From Proteromonas lacertae (lineage: Eukaryota): 40,631 nt of DNA. A program made the translations under genes and the position numbers. The stretch spans positions 124,001 to 164,631 of the forward strand of contig NGBS01001172.1 of assembly GCA_002245135.1 (NCBI GenBank). Reading direction: 5' to 3'. Numbering within the stretch: position 1 is the stretch's first letter; each line of letters opens with the position of its first letter. The notes beneath the pieces were generated by a model that had not been told where the DNA came from, did not search any database, and worked only from the letters and a program-made list of their open reading frames with translations. Of this stretch, positions 1-14,500 are shown piece by piece.

Positions 1-84
1 CAGACGATAAACATTTGTATAATGAGAAAATCGAATAAAATGATAAATAACTCCTTAAACCGAATAATTTTAAACCGACTTTTT

Positions 85-773
85 ATGAATATTAATTTTA
101 AGATAAAAGAAAAGGCTGAACAAGTATAAATTAACTTATTTCATTATTAAATAGAAAAAAAGAATCAATTTTGCATTTGAAGATAGTAGTGATGAAGAGA
201 TTGATAATTCAAAACAAATTAAAACCAGTATAATCTAGTAAATTACTCATCATAGAAGATACTGAAGAACTAGTACCAAATTTATCTACAGATGAATTAA
301 AGAATAAAGGAGATGATTTTGCTGAAGCTGGTAATTATATGAGTGCTTTAAAATATTGGAGACGTGCTGTTGAAATGTCTCCCAACTTATATAAAATTCA
401 TGAATCAATGGCACAAGTGCTTTTAGAATTAGGTGAAACATTTGAAGCAATAAAGGAAGCAACCAAAGCCACGGAGATAGAACCTACTTGGGGTGATGGA
501 TTTATAACACTAGCAAGATGTCAAAGGAATTTTGGAGAGATAGAATTGAGTTTAGAATCATTTGAAAAGGTATTCTTTTGCCAATTATCGTATAGGGACT
601 GAGTCTTATGGAAAATGCAAATGAATATGAAAATGAAATACAAGAAATAAGAGATTTAATAAGAGTATTGTTTATTTTTATAGTTAATGAATTTATAGAT
701 TAGAGACATGTATGCAGAAGAAGATGAAAGTATAAAACATAGGAGATGTGTTGTTAAAGATGAAATATTTTGA
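85..773 (+). CDS. TPR-repeat protein (TTC33-like), 5 exons
   Basis: ATG 85; GT-AG introns 124-154, 228-255, 570-595 and ~665-699 give a continuous frame ...LKNKGDDFAEAGNYMSALKYWRRAVEMSP...AQVLLELGETFEAIKEATKATEIEPTWGDGFITLARCQRNFGE (tandem TPR motifs); TGA 771-773. Confidence 0.8.
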
Positions 774-1050
774 TTTTTATGTAGATTTATTAATTTAACT
801 GTAGATTTATAATTTTACTTTATATTTTGCTTGTATTAATGTATTATATATGTTACAATACTATATATTATTTACAATAAAAATATCAAAAAATCATTCT
901 TTATTCACATGTTTAATCCTAATTTCATTCTCAGTATAGACTTATTAGCTCTGTAGCTATAATATAATATAATTAATATGTAATTTTAATTTCAGCTTGG
1001 TTGAAAAATGTAGTTTTAAGTTCATCCAATTATTTTTTTCAATTTTATTG

Positions 1051-2132
1051 ATGAATAAGAGCAATCCGCTTTGTGAGGTTTATGGTATAAATCAATTCGA
1101 TGTATTTAATTAGTTGGGAATTTACCACATGAAAACCCTGAGAATGGTTTGATTGAGTTATTGAGTCAAGCAGGTAAAGTTATAAAATTTAAGTATGATC
1201 TATTGGAATATTTAATGTTAGTATGAAGAAAAATCCAGATGGAACACCATCAGGCTTTGGTTTTTGTGAATATGATAGTCCAGAAACAGCCCAAAATGCT
1301 GTAAAGATATTGCAAGGTGTTAAATACAATCAAAGAACATTAAAAATAGGTTATTCAGACAAAACAAAGTCTTCTCGAGGAGATAGTACAATTCCTTTAG
1401 AGAGTAAATCTCTTAAAGATCTTTTAAAAGAATTAGTCGATTCAATACCCAATAGAGAATTAACAAACATAATTCGTAAGTGGGAAGACATTAGAGATCA
1501 TAATGCACTGTATTATGACTATATGAAAGATTTTCCTCAATTAAAAAGAGCCTTACAACAGTTTGAACAAAGTTTCAGAAATATAAGTTCAGGACCACAG
1601 AAAAGGAAAAGAGAAGATAGAAATTCTTCATCATCTCAACAACAAGATAGATATTATCCAGACTCATCATCATATTCACAACCTTCTAAACGATATAATA
1701 ATAATAATAATAATGGTCCAGAATATTCATATCCACCACCACCGCAACAACAACAACCATATCCATATAATAATGACCCTTGTATATGTTATATATATAT
1801 ATTAATTATTATTAGATGCATCAGTTGTACCTCCACCCTATTACTATGATAGATCTGACTCTATAAATGTTGATCAATCGTCAATTCCTCCTCCTTCATA
1901 TAATGATCCTTATTCTGTTCCACCAATGCAACCACCACCTTCATCTATAACAGCAACATCAACTCAACCACCTCCTCCAATGCCTAGTAATTATGATCCA
2001 AGAAATCCACCTTATTATCCTACAAATAGTCAAGATAATAGTGTTTCTGATCAAAGCACGTATTATCCACCTGTTCCTCCACCAAATCCGCCTGATAGCA
2101 GTTATAAAATACCATCTGATCCAAGATTATAA
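1051..2132 (+). CDS. RRM protein, CstF-64/RNA15-like, with Pro/Tyr/Gln-rich tail, 4 exons
   Basis: Spliced N-terminus has RNP2 'VYVGNLP' and RNP1 'SGFGFCEY'; GFCEY is typical of CstF-64/RNA15. Introns ~1085-1113, ~1193-1221 and ~1782-1816 join ORFs 1223-1849 and 1926-2132. Confidence 0.65.
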
Positions 2133-2395
2133 TCATTTTTAATGAATTTCTTGAATTTACTGTTAAATTTTGAAATTAGTTTGAAACTATTCTTTTTCTA
2201 GTTTAAATATCTTTATTATGTTTACATTGTTTAATGATTATGATATTTTTGTATTTAGTTGTTATATGGAATGATTAATATAAGTAAATATAATATGGAA
2301 TGTTTATAAACATTTTTGACATAAAAATTCATTATGTAAATTACTGTAAACAAGCTTATTTGAAATTATTTTCATTTTCAACATATACTTCTCGC

Positions 2396-3202
2396 ATGCT
2401 GAAAATGTTGAGATTTGGTCGTGTCAAAGTTTATATCACACAACATAGTGGAGATCCCGGTAGAAGCTGCACTGTAATTAAGGAAGGATTGTCAAATTCT
2501 TGTGCAAACTTTGTTGAAGAAGAAAAAATATTAAAGATGTTGGAGCCTGATGGTAAAACTCCAAGATGTTACAGCTTAAAAGACAATAACAACAAATTCA
2601 CACTAGAGATGGAATATTTACTTGGGGATGACCTACTACAGTCGAATTTAGATGATATAGAAAGACTATGTGGAAGAAGAAGATTAATACGTTATTTAGT
2701 AGATAATCTTCATTATCTACACCAGCATCACATTATACACATGGATTATACCCCTGATAACCTTATGTGGACTAATAAAAGCTGTGAAAAGCTGAATATC
2801 ATCGATTTTGGCATTAGTTACGAATTTCAAGAAGATGATGGTAGTTACATGACTAAATACAACCACAGTTTTGGTAAATATGAATTCTATGCTCCAGAGT
2901 TTCTATCAGAAAATAGCTTCGATGGTAGAAGATATGATATATTCTGTTTAGGTTTAATGATATTTTATTACCTTACAGGAGAAGAATTTTTCTATAATAT
3001 CAATGGAAACAATTATAAAGATAAGTTACAAGACCTTCAATACTATAATGTGAAAGATTATATACATCATTTACACCCTTATGTCCAATTATCCGAAGAT
3101 GAGATTGATTTCCTGTCTAAATGTTTAGATCCAGATAATAGTAATAGGCCATTAACCAATCATTTGATAGAACATATCTTTTACACATCATTACCAAATT
3201 AA
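2396..3202 (+). CDS. Intronless divergent Ser/Thr protein kinase
   Basis: Motifs VIK, HMDYTPDN, IIDFG, YAPE, YDIFCLG, C-terminal R. Start uncertain (ORF track begins at 2300; 2396 assumed). Confidence 0.8.
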   Translation: MLKMLRFGRVKVYITQHSGDPGRSCTVIKEGLSNSCANFVEEEKILKMLEPDGKTPRCYSLKDNNNKFTLEMEYLLGDDLLQSNLDDIERLCGRRRLIRYLVDNLHYLHQHHIIHMDYTPDNLMWTNKSCEKLNIIDFGISYEFQEDDGSYMTKYNHSFGKYEFYAPEFLSENSFDGRRYDIFCLGLMIFYYLTGEEFFYNINGNNYKDKLQDLQYYNVKDYIHHLHPYVQLSEDEIDFLSKCLDPDNSNRPLTNHLIEHIFYTSLPN

Positions 3203-3376
3203 TCATTCGAAGTGATTAGTGTGTAACATACTTGTGAAAATATATTTATTAAGATTAAGATTTATTTTTATTAACATTTTTTGTATATTGTTATATAAAA
3301 ATCCAATAAAAAGCATAATTAAAAATAATTTGTTTATTTGATAAATCATTAATAACTATTTAAAAAATAAACAAAT

Positions 3377-5276
3377 CTAATCAACTTTAATTGATTGATA
3401 AATCTTTCTAGTGAACCAGAAGCATGAATAGAATCCAACTGAACCTGTAATAAGGAACACTATAAAACTTAAAATAAACATATTTCCAAAATAAACACCT
3501 AAAGTTGTTAATTTGTTAATTGCTAATTTAGATGCATAAAAGAATGAATATCCAAAAATATAAAATGAAATAGATCCACCTGTTAATACAGATCTCCACC
3601 ACCAATGCCAATCTTCACCAATTAATTGGAAGTAACATAAAACAATAGAAACTTCAGCTGATGAAATAACAGTCAAAGTATATATCACAAATAATAAACC
3701 AAACACATAAAATACTTGATGTAGCCATATTGAACTCATAACAAAGTATAATTCTAAGAATAATCCACCGAATGGTAATAATCCAGCTAACAATACGGAT
3801 GGGATAGTTGTCATATACCAAGGTTGATCAATAATCTGACGAGGAATTTGGTTGGTTTTAACTGCAACTTCATATGGAGCTTGTCTAAAACCAAAAAATG
3901 CACCAATTAAAACTAATGGTGCAGAAACACCAATCCATAATAAGATTAATGAGATTAAACTTAAGAATGGAATAGCTCTTGTTGATCCTAAATACCAGAA
4001 GAAGAAGTTGATGAAAAATGTAATTGTAAACACAATACCTGGTACAAACATAGCAACCCAAACTGTTAATGTCTTCCAATTAGTACCTCTGAAGAATTTA
4101 TATAATCGAGCAGCAAAATAACCAGCTAAACTTGATAAAAATACGAATAAAAACAAAGCAGCTGTTAATAATGATCCTCTTACAGCTGGTGTTACAAATC
4201 CTAAACAGAAGAAGAATAATACAATAAATGCCATCCAGAAGAGTTGAACTCCTGATCCCATCATTATAGCAAATAACATTGGATGATTAACTGGGGGTCT
4301 GAAAACATCACCGTGCACCAACTTCCAACCACTTTCTTCTTCAATTTCTTCTTTAGATTCTTCGATTTGAATGTAATTATTGTATCTTGCTATATCTTGA
4401 TAGACTGTTCTAATCATAATTAAAGCAACTACTACAGTTAAGAAAACAGCGATTAAAATAGAATTACCTAATGTAAACCAATGAATTTCAGCGCCTGGTA
4501 CATTTCTTAAGTATAAATCCCATCTGGAAGCCCATTCTATTGTTGCATCTTCACTCCATTCAACACTGTAACTGAATGGTATATTCATTGGAGTTTGTTG
4601 TAAAGGAATTGATAATCTACTTTCTCCACCTGTTATTTTAGTATCTGCATTACATGTGTTTGCACCGTGTTGAATTGAAGATGGTAATATCTCAAAGCCA
4701 ACTACTCTATAAGTATTAGTTTCAGTTTTGTGGTATTTAATGACGAATGATAAATGGTTGTTTAAATAGTAATTTTCATCGACAATTGTACCTAATACAT
4801 AACCTCTTTCGTAGTAATAATCCTTAGCTTTTGTGGTTGGTTCTCTGAAGTAGATTTTTTCACCTGCTGGTAATTCATCGACTAATAAATTACCTCTGTA
4901 TTCTTCCTTGATTAATTTTCTAAATCTGTTAAGGCCTTTTGGGGTGACTTCTCTACTACAGACTATAGCACAGTTGATGTTTTCCAACATGTGTAATTGA
5001 TATACGGAAGTTTCAATACGATCACCACTTAAGATTGAACCTAAACTACCAGATATTTCGTATTTAGTCTCTGGACGACATACTGGAACTGAATAGTAAG
5101 GTAATGGAATTTGAGTCTTACTGGATGTTAATTTATTAACAAATACTTCAACCTATTGAGCTAAATCATAAATATTATACTTTATCGCCTTGTGCATAAT
5201 CAACTGGTTGAACACCAGGTAATTTAAAGCACACAGCTACTGAAATCCAACAGACAAGCAATATAGTAAATCTCAT
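3377..5276 (-). CDS. Transmembrane 9 superfamily (EMP70/nonaspanin, TM9SF2/4-like)
   Basis: Signal peptide from ATG 5276; intron 5153-5180; motifs IHWF, EESGWKLVHGDVFRPP, TNQIPRQI, EDWHWWWRS, C-terminal IYQSIKVD. Confidence 0.95.
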
Positions 5277-5460
5277 CCTTCTTCTGACTATAAATATTAT
5301 AATATATTTTTATAACGTAAATTTAGGTGGGAAAAAAAGAGTTAGGAGAAAGACTATTATATGGAACTAATTAACAAAAAATCAGAGATTAAAATAAAAT
5401 AGAGTAATAGAATAAATAGAACGTATATGATACTTTTATTTTGAAAATAATGAAAATTTG

Positions 5461-5527
5461 CTCCACAGATTTACTTTTGTGGTGGTGAAGTGAAGTCAAA
5501 CGAGTTTGATTTCTTAATCCTTTTTTT
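5461..5527 (+). ncRNA. Candidate structured small RNA (two hairpins then T7 run)
   Basis: Stem 5463-5469/5476-5482; stem 5492-5500/5505-5513 with CGAG loop; T7 at 5521-5527; locally GC-richer than other intergenic DNA. No family recognised. Confidence 0.3.
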
Positions 5528-5620
5528 CTTCTTCTGTAAGTGTTATGACACCTTTATTGTTGCATTATTTTAGACATAATTAAATAAACATTAGATATAA
5601 TAAAAATATATTTCTCTATT

Positions 5621-6777
5621 CTAACTGGAGACTGTTTCTTTTGGATTTTCAGTATTTTCTGGTTTGTCATTTGCAGAATCTTCACCTTCTGCTGGTTTTA
5701 CTCCATTTGTTAAGTCTTCTTTCAGTTTTTTTCTTTCCTCCTATTAATAAAGTAAAATGAAAATCACAAAAAAAGCATACTTGTAGTGTAGAACAAAGAC
5801 GTTTCAATGTTTCAATCTGTTTAGTCAACTGTACAATCTGATTAGCTTGATCTCTTTTATTCAACTCATTCTCAATCAATAATTTATCAGATTTCACCGA
5901 TTTCTCCTTCAAATTATTATTCTCAATAGTCAACTGCTTTATTTGTTTTTGATACTCTGTCAATGCATCCTTATTCTTAGTAATTAACTCAGTAATTTCA
6001 CCATATTTATCACTATAAGTTTTCAATTGTTCTTTTAAGATTTCTTCTCGTTTTTGTGATTGTTCTAGTTGTTCCTGCATTAATTTCGCTTTATCTATTA
6101 ATTGATTGGATATATTAATATGTTGCTCTAATTTTGTATTCGCCATTTCTTTTTCTAATTCCAATTTCTTAATTGTTGTTAATTGTTGTTGTTCTTTCAA
6201 TTCTTGACCTTTTACTACAGTTTCTATCTTCTTCTGTGTTTCTTCGTTGTTTTTGATACATTGTAAACGCTTCTCTTCTTCATCTTTTATCTTTGATGCT
6301 AACTCTTGGAAAGAAGTTTCGAATTTTTGTTGAATTTCTGTTCTACGTTGAGTTTCTAAGGATATGTCTTTCTTATATTTTTCTTCTGATGCTTTATAAC
6401 GTTCTTGAAGAGTCTTACAAAGACTCTCAAGCTTGTTATTCAAAGATTTGGATTGATCTAATTGTGAAGCAACTATAGAATAATTTATATAAATATTGAA
6501 TAATGATACGTCCATCTATTCTTTCAGCAAGTGTAACATTTGTTTGAACAATCTTTATATTATCTTGTCTAGATTTAATTAATTCTAATCCCTAAGCATA
6601 ATATGATATATCGTTGTTATACAATCTGTTTAATCAATCCTTCCAAAAGCTTACATCTTTCACAATCAGATCCAGATTTAGGCTTAGGACATTTCTTATT
6701 CGTAAGTTCAATTATTTGTTGTTCATTCTGAAAGTTTAATTCTATAGAATGATAAAATATGTGGTATTACCTGACAT
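5621..6777 (-). CDS. Taxilin-family coiled-coil protein, 5 exons
   Basis: KLESLCKTLQ and LKRLCSTLQEER motifs flank a long coiled coil; short GT-AG introns give a frame from ATG 6777 to TAG 5621-5623. Confidence 0.8.
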
Positions 6778-6922
6778 AGAGTAAAATGAAAAATTTAAAT
6801 TTGAATTTGAAATGCAAAATTGAATTGAATGAAATGTAGAAAAAGTCAAATTTATAATAATTTATAGTGTATTTCTGATAGAAGTAAACACAAATCCTAA
6901 AAAATCAGCAAAATGTATTGGA

Positions 6923-9313
6923 TTATTTATAATTAAATACCTGGTAAGTATAGAATATATTATCACGTGCTCCGAAACATACGCATGAATTATAACATAC
7001 TGGTGATGAAAATACATTAGCATTCGTAGAAATATCCTGTTTTATCTCTAATCTTTTGTTTTTCTCTTTATAACAAACCATACAACTATTTCTATTAGCT
7101 GTTGTAAAGACTATGTAATAGGATGTTTCACTAGTTTTTACTATAAAAGGAATGCAACTAACTACAAATATATAGTGAAATATATATACTCTTTGCACCA
7201 TCACATATCAAACTACTTTCAACAATCGTATCTCTGTACCAACACACTGTATGTAACCTTCCAGCTGTTGTAGTTATTAGTAAATTATTACAGTTTATTG
7301 GATCTATAACAGGACTACTATAAATCTATTCATATATATACATTATGATATACATCTTCATTTAAATTAATATTCCTTATCTTTACTCCATTTATATTCA
7401 AGATATATACAGTTCCAGTAACAACAGGAATACACAAAAATCGAAATGTTGAATTATATACTGGAGTAGCAAAAATAGCTCCTAATAAATTACATAACCA
7501 TCTCTGTTGTAGAATATTTTGTTTAGTTTTATTTATTATAAACAGATATACATTTCCTATTATTGTACAAGCACACAAATAAATATTATCAATAATAATT
7601 GGTTGTGAAAAAATGTCATGTTTCACTGGCTTTCTTTCTACAATCTTTAAGGTTTTACTAGATATCACTACAATTTCATGAGCGTAAGTTCCATAGAATA
7701 AATAATTATTTGTAACTGCAGGTGGTGATCTTAGCATATATGTATCAACATTTTCCAGATTATTTAAATTAATTCTTGCTTCAATATATCCTGTTGCAGC
7801 ATTTACAACGTTGATAAATCCACTATAACTACCAGCAAATAAATATTTATTGTTTTTTGTGATTGCTAAAGATGATTCTATTCTTTCATTAAAGTTTTGT
7901 TTAGTTATGATTCTTTTACATGTAAAACATTGAATAACTAAAATGCCAGAATGACTAGCAATAGCAACATTTATATTATTTGCACAAGAATTGCATGCAT
8001 TCTTTACACTGTATATTACAGGTGAACAATCTACACATTTATCCATAACAATACTATCAACATGTGTAGGTTTCTGATAATTAAAATACTTATTGGTAAT
8101 TTCTATCATACCACCTTTTGTTATACTAAATGCATCTTTATCTTCTGAATCTTTATTCATTTGATTACTTCGCCGTTTTCCTAATTCATTTTGTTTCTTT
8201 TCTCGCTTTCTAGATAATTGTGTTCCTAGACGTCTTTTTATGCTTTCATCATTTTTTAGTGCTATTATTCGTTCATGTTCTGCTCTTCTATTATTTTCTA
8301 TTTCTTTACTCTTTTCTTCATATTCTTTCATCATTCTTTCTGTTGATTCTTCTTTTGAAAATACCTTCACTGTATTTTCATTACCACTCACATTTGATTC
8401 TTCTATTTTTTCTATTTTTACTTCATTCACACTTTCTTTTTCCTTTACATTTATATTATTATCATTATTTTCTTCTAAAATTTCACTAGTTTTTTCTCTT
8501 TTTACTTTTTTTAGTATTTCTTCTTCACTTTCTTCCCTTTTTCTTTTAACAGCTGTATCATCATTTTTATTAAGTTTATCATATATATACTCACTTAATC
8601 CCTTTGGAGTTTTTTTAGTTTTATATTCATTACTACCTATATCTACATCAAAATATGTTTTAATCATATATAATAACTCATAAAATAGAAATGAATCACC
8701 ACCTAATTCATTAAAATCAGAATCTTCATATATATCTTCAGTTTTACACAAATTCATAAACATTTTTATCATATTTCCATATATAGAATCATAAGATGTC
8801 TTGTCTATTAATTCTTTTTCCATTCTAAACTTAATTTCTTTTGAATACATCTGATCTAACAGTTTATATTTAATTTTTCCATTCTTTCTTGGTATATTTT
8901 CAACAACATAAATATTGTTGACTGTTGGTAATTCTATATAATTCTTTTGTATATTATTCCTTATAAAATTGTACACTATTTCAGGAGTAACAGGTTCTTT
9001 AGATTTTGGTAATGGAACAACACAAGATATTATTCTACCAGTATATTGAGATATAAATGTGATATTATCTACTAAATATGACAATTTCTTTAAGCAATTA
9101 TCAATTATGTAAGTTCTTATAAACTTTCCATTTTTCTTTTTTTCTTGATATTTACTTGTTCTACCTAAATAAAAGTACAATTTCTTTTGATTTACCACTT
9201 TTGAAAATACTATATCACCTACTAAATAATAATTATCAACAGTTAAATGTTCTTTATTCAATCTATTGCTATTATAACTAACACAGGCTAAGTCACTTTT
9301 AATTCCACTATCA

Positions 9314-9346
<33 letters not shown>

Positions 9347-10583
9347 TCCACATTCAATGACATTCTTGTATGGTAGTTTTATTTCATCAATTTGAACTAT
9401 CTTTATGATAATCTCTTCATCTAATGGCATTCCGATTGGTACTAATCCATCTTTTATCCCTTTCACATCATCACAATCATAATATAAAAAATCACCAGAT
9501 GTCTCAGTAGCTATAATATAATAATAATAATAATTAAATCTATCAATACATCCATACAAATTCAATAATTTACAGGTTGGAATAACATCTTTAAATTGAA
9601 TAGCTGTATCATATGACAATTCTTCTCCACTGGAAATGACTAATAACAAAGACATTATACAGTAAGCTGAATTATGAGAAACAGTATATTTCAATATATT
9701 CTAATAAAGATCAATAATAACATTATACATCAAGTAATGAAGGAAATACAGTTATTCTAGTAATATAATGATGTTTTATTGTGTCAATAAAATGTTTAGC
9801 ATCAAATATATTATTCTTTTCATGATATATGATTATTTCTACGCCTTGACACAATGGTCCTAGTATTTCCCAATAACTATCAACAAAGGATAAAGAACAG
9901 CGATGTAAACATTTATCACTTTCTGTAAATGGATATTTTTTCCACATCCACTTAAATCTATGCATCATTCCCTTTATATTACAATAAACAACTGCTAAAT
10001 CACTTGTAGTACCAGATGAAAATTGAATATAGTCATACGTATTAGCTGCTAATGGAGTATGTAGAGGAGCTTCTCTTTTTTCAAGTGATGAAAATACTTC
10101 TTTTACTTTTTCATGCATTATTGTAAAATCACTAAAAGTTACTGTATATCTACTGGTTAATTTTTCGTCACATATAATTAGAGGTATTTCATACATATCA
10201 AGCAGTGTATTTATCTTTGCATTACAGTGGTCTATATACTATTATAGATTCATTAAAATGTACCTTTACTCATCATGCAAAATTTAATATTTAACTTTAA
10301 ACATGCGAATAGAAGAGTTACAGCTTGATATGATCTCTAAAATATATACTCATTCTTATAATACCGACGAAACAATTATTACGATATCATATGGGTGAAG
10401 TTCTGCTAAGCTTAGTAAACAGCTGGAATAAACATTGATTAATTTTTGTAAATAGCTAAAACTGTAAGTTTTATTATCTAAATTATTGAAACATTACATT
10501 ATACTGTCTAAAAGTGCAATTTTTTTCGATTTTAATGTAGCATGATAGTCAAAGATGTTAAATAAGTCTTCTCCATCCCCCAT
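6923..10583 (-). CDS. AASDH/ACSF4-like NRPS-type enzyme: adenylation + carrier (PCP) + PQQ-type beta-propeller, about 9 exons
   Basis: Spliced A-domain motifs YIQFSSGTT, LSFVDSYWEI, LNLYGSTETSGD, YYLVGD, LGR, NGKI; PCP DFNELGGDS (~8690-8720); propeller repeats KCVDCSP, RIESS, IFSQP, IFATP, IYSSP, VFSSP. Confidence 0.8.
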
Positions 10584-10744
10584 TTCTGAAATACAAAAGA
10601 AAAGTGTATTTATTGTATTATCATTTCGCCATAACAATACGATTAATATGAATTATTTTTATTCAAACAATATCATAACAAAACAAAAATTACTCCCAAC
10701 ACAAAAATAATAATAACTAATCATCCATTTATGTTGTATCTCGC

Positions 10745-11372
<628 letters not shown>

Positions 11373-11520
11373 TTTAGTACTTATAAAGTAAGAATTAAAT
11401 GGATGATAATGCTGTTTTAATTTATATAGAAAATTCCTATATAAATTGGGAAATGCATTAATCCCTATATAAAAAAGCTTGACCAAAACTGTTTCAAACT
11501 TCTTTAAAGTCTTTTTTTTA

Positions 11521-14500
11521 ATGAATAAAAAGCTCCATTTGAATGGAAAGTTGAAAAGAAAGGGTACTAAGAAGAGTACCATTCCAAAGCCACGATTACC
11601 AGGCCCTCCAGGCCAAGTTCCTCAAAATATATCTTCTCCTGATGGTAATCCAGATGTGTTAGATGATGTAAATGGAGGTGGAGAAAATTTTGAACCACCT
11701 ATTTCACCTATAGTAGGGTCATTAAGTGACAATGAGGAGACTGAAGGTAATGAAGAAAATACTGAAGAAGATGAACAACCTAAAACACCACCAATACCAG
11801 AAGATAATTTAAATAACAATTCTCCTCCAAAAGAAACAAATGAGCCTACCGCTGCACCAATTGAATCACCAAATAAACCAATAACGCCACCAATTCCAGA
11901 TGAAGAAAATAATAATACTAATCCAATAGAAATTCCTCCAGAAGAGAGTATTGACAATAATGACAATATAACCTCACCAATAGAACCACCTACTGAAGAA
12001 AATGAATTAGAAAAACCTGGAGAAAATGTAGATAATATAAATAATGAACAAGAAGATAATAATAATAATAATTTAAATGAAATCTTACCTCCAGTTGATC
12101 CAATAGTAGTAAGTGAACCATTACAACCTCAACAACAACAAGAAGAACAACAGGAAGGAGTAGAAAATACAACTCCACCTGTAGAACCACTATCATCAGT
12201 TCAACCAGCAGTAAATGATTTTATACAGCCAAATACACCTCCATTAGAATCATCACCACCACCAAAACAACAACAGCAGCAGAATGATGATAGTATAATA
12301 GAAAAACCAGTAGATTTCCTACCAGAATCAGAATATGGAGAAGGTGATAACTATACAGAACCATCCGCACAGTTATTGTTTGATAATCATGATGATAATG
12401 ATATATACAATGATAATCCACCTCCATTGCAACAACCATTATTTGTAGAAGATCCTCCAGTAGATGAAGAGGAAGAACAACAACAGAGTAATGAAGAGAA
12501 TAATTTCAATATAATACCTCCATTACCATTAGATGATAATTTCAATAACTTTAACAATAATTATGAAAATATTCCATCATCATCTTCACCATTACAACAA
12601 CAATTACCATTGGAACAGTCTCCTATTCAACAACAACAGCAGCAACAACAACAACAACTTCCTTTATTTGTTCCATCAATGGAAGAAGATAAACCACTTA
12701 TCTATGAACCAACTACAATTGATCAACTAATGCAACAACAACAACAACAACAACAATCTCCTATTTCTCCTACTCATAGTGTATTACCTCCTTATTATCC
12801 ACCTAACTCTGTCAATCCAATCTATCCACAACAACAACCATCACAATATCCACCAATAGTACAACCTAATAATAATAATAATAATAATAATTTATACTCT
12901 CAATATAGTACTCCTCCTAATGAAAGACCATTACCTCCACCACTAGTCAGCCATACAACTACACAAACATCACCACGATTTGAAATACAGCAGCAGCAAC
13001 AACAACAACAAAAGGCAATACAACGATCTGTATTACCACTATTAGATCCAACGTCCTTAGAAGAAGTAGCTGCTTATTATGAGAAAGAATTATTCGCTTT
13101 ATTTAACTTTTATACATCCTTACAAAGTGGTAAAAGAGCTAATCCGAATGAAATACAAACTGTGAATTTAGCTGAGTTTATTAAATGTTTGAAAGATTTT
13201 GATGTTTATAATCCAACTACAAAAATCAATAGAATCATAGTAGCTGATTTATTTAGACAATTTTACAATCCAAATATTAATATAAAAATCAATACATTAA
13301 CCTATGAACAATTCTCATTGTGTTTCTGTAAATGCATGGCATATGTAATATCAGATTATCCATTCACAATTCGATTTACTTCAGAACCAGAATTAGCATC
13401 AGTAATGGTATGGTTGTTAGAATTAGATAATAGAATATGGTTTAAAAAGAGATGTAAGAATTTCGCTGTATTTAGTACAGGTGATGGTGATAATAATGGT
13501 CATATTAACAAATATTTATCACCTTCAACAAAAGTACAACCAACATCTGTTAATTGTAGTAGCAATGTTATTCAATATAGATTGAATGTATTAAAAGATA
13601 ATTGTTCACAAGTTCAAAGTGAATGGATTGATTTACCAACACTATTCCCATCATATACGAATGAAGTTGATTCTCATATTTCACCTATTAATAAACCACA
13701 CCCACCAATATCACAACAACAACAACAACAACAACAAAATGGTGGTTTAGGAAGATTCAAATCTCCCAGAACAATTGGTTATGAAAAGAGAATGAAAGTG
13801 GAGATGATGGTGAATGGAAATGATGAAAATGATATGTTACAATATATTCAACAACAACAACAACAACAACAAATGCAGATACAACAACAACAACAGATGA
13901 ATAAAAGACAATTTAAGCAATTGCAATACAGAATAGCACCTACATTGAATATAGCACAACAAGCTGTTAGTAGAATCCCTTATAAACCTCCTAACATGTA
14001 TAGTGAACAACAATCTAACTTAAACAGAAATATTAATAGTAATAATAACAATGGTAGTTTAATCACTTGGAATGAAATTAATAACTTCTCATTAGATAAT
14101 ATGCAGAATGTATTGACAATGAATAATGAAGTAGATCAACAACAATCAATTGATCAAAGAAATCCAAAGAATAGAGTAATTCAAAAGTATATTAATCAGA
14201 ATATAGCTACATCACCATACAATGCTATTAAACCTCAACAAATGATGATGATGATGTCACCACCCTTTAAACCATCTCCAGTTCAACAACAATTGCCAGT
14301 ATATCAACCGCCATCATTAGCTAAATTACAGCAACCAATTCCAGGTAATTCATTCTCAGAACCACCTTCAGAACTTCCATCTGGTAGATCTATACAACAT
14401 AGTCCAGTAATTGTAGCAAAGAAACAAGCAAAGAAACCAGTATCAAGTGCTGATAAACCAAGTAAATTAGCTAAAGGAAAGAAGAAGAATAATTTTGGTT

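Noticed and set aside
1..14. Possible start of a minus-strand gene (ATG at 14, MFIV...) leaving the window
   Set aside because: Only four codons visible; cannot be supported
780..815. Direct repeat TGTAGATTTAT x2 after the TPR gene
   Set aside because: Short AT-rich local duplication with no terminal inverted repeat or transposase evidence
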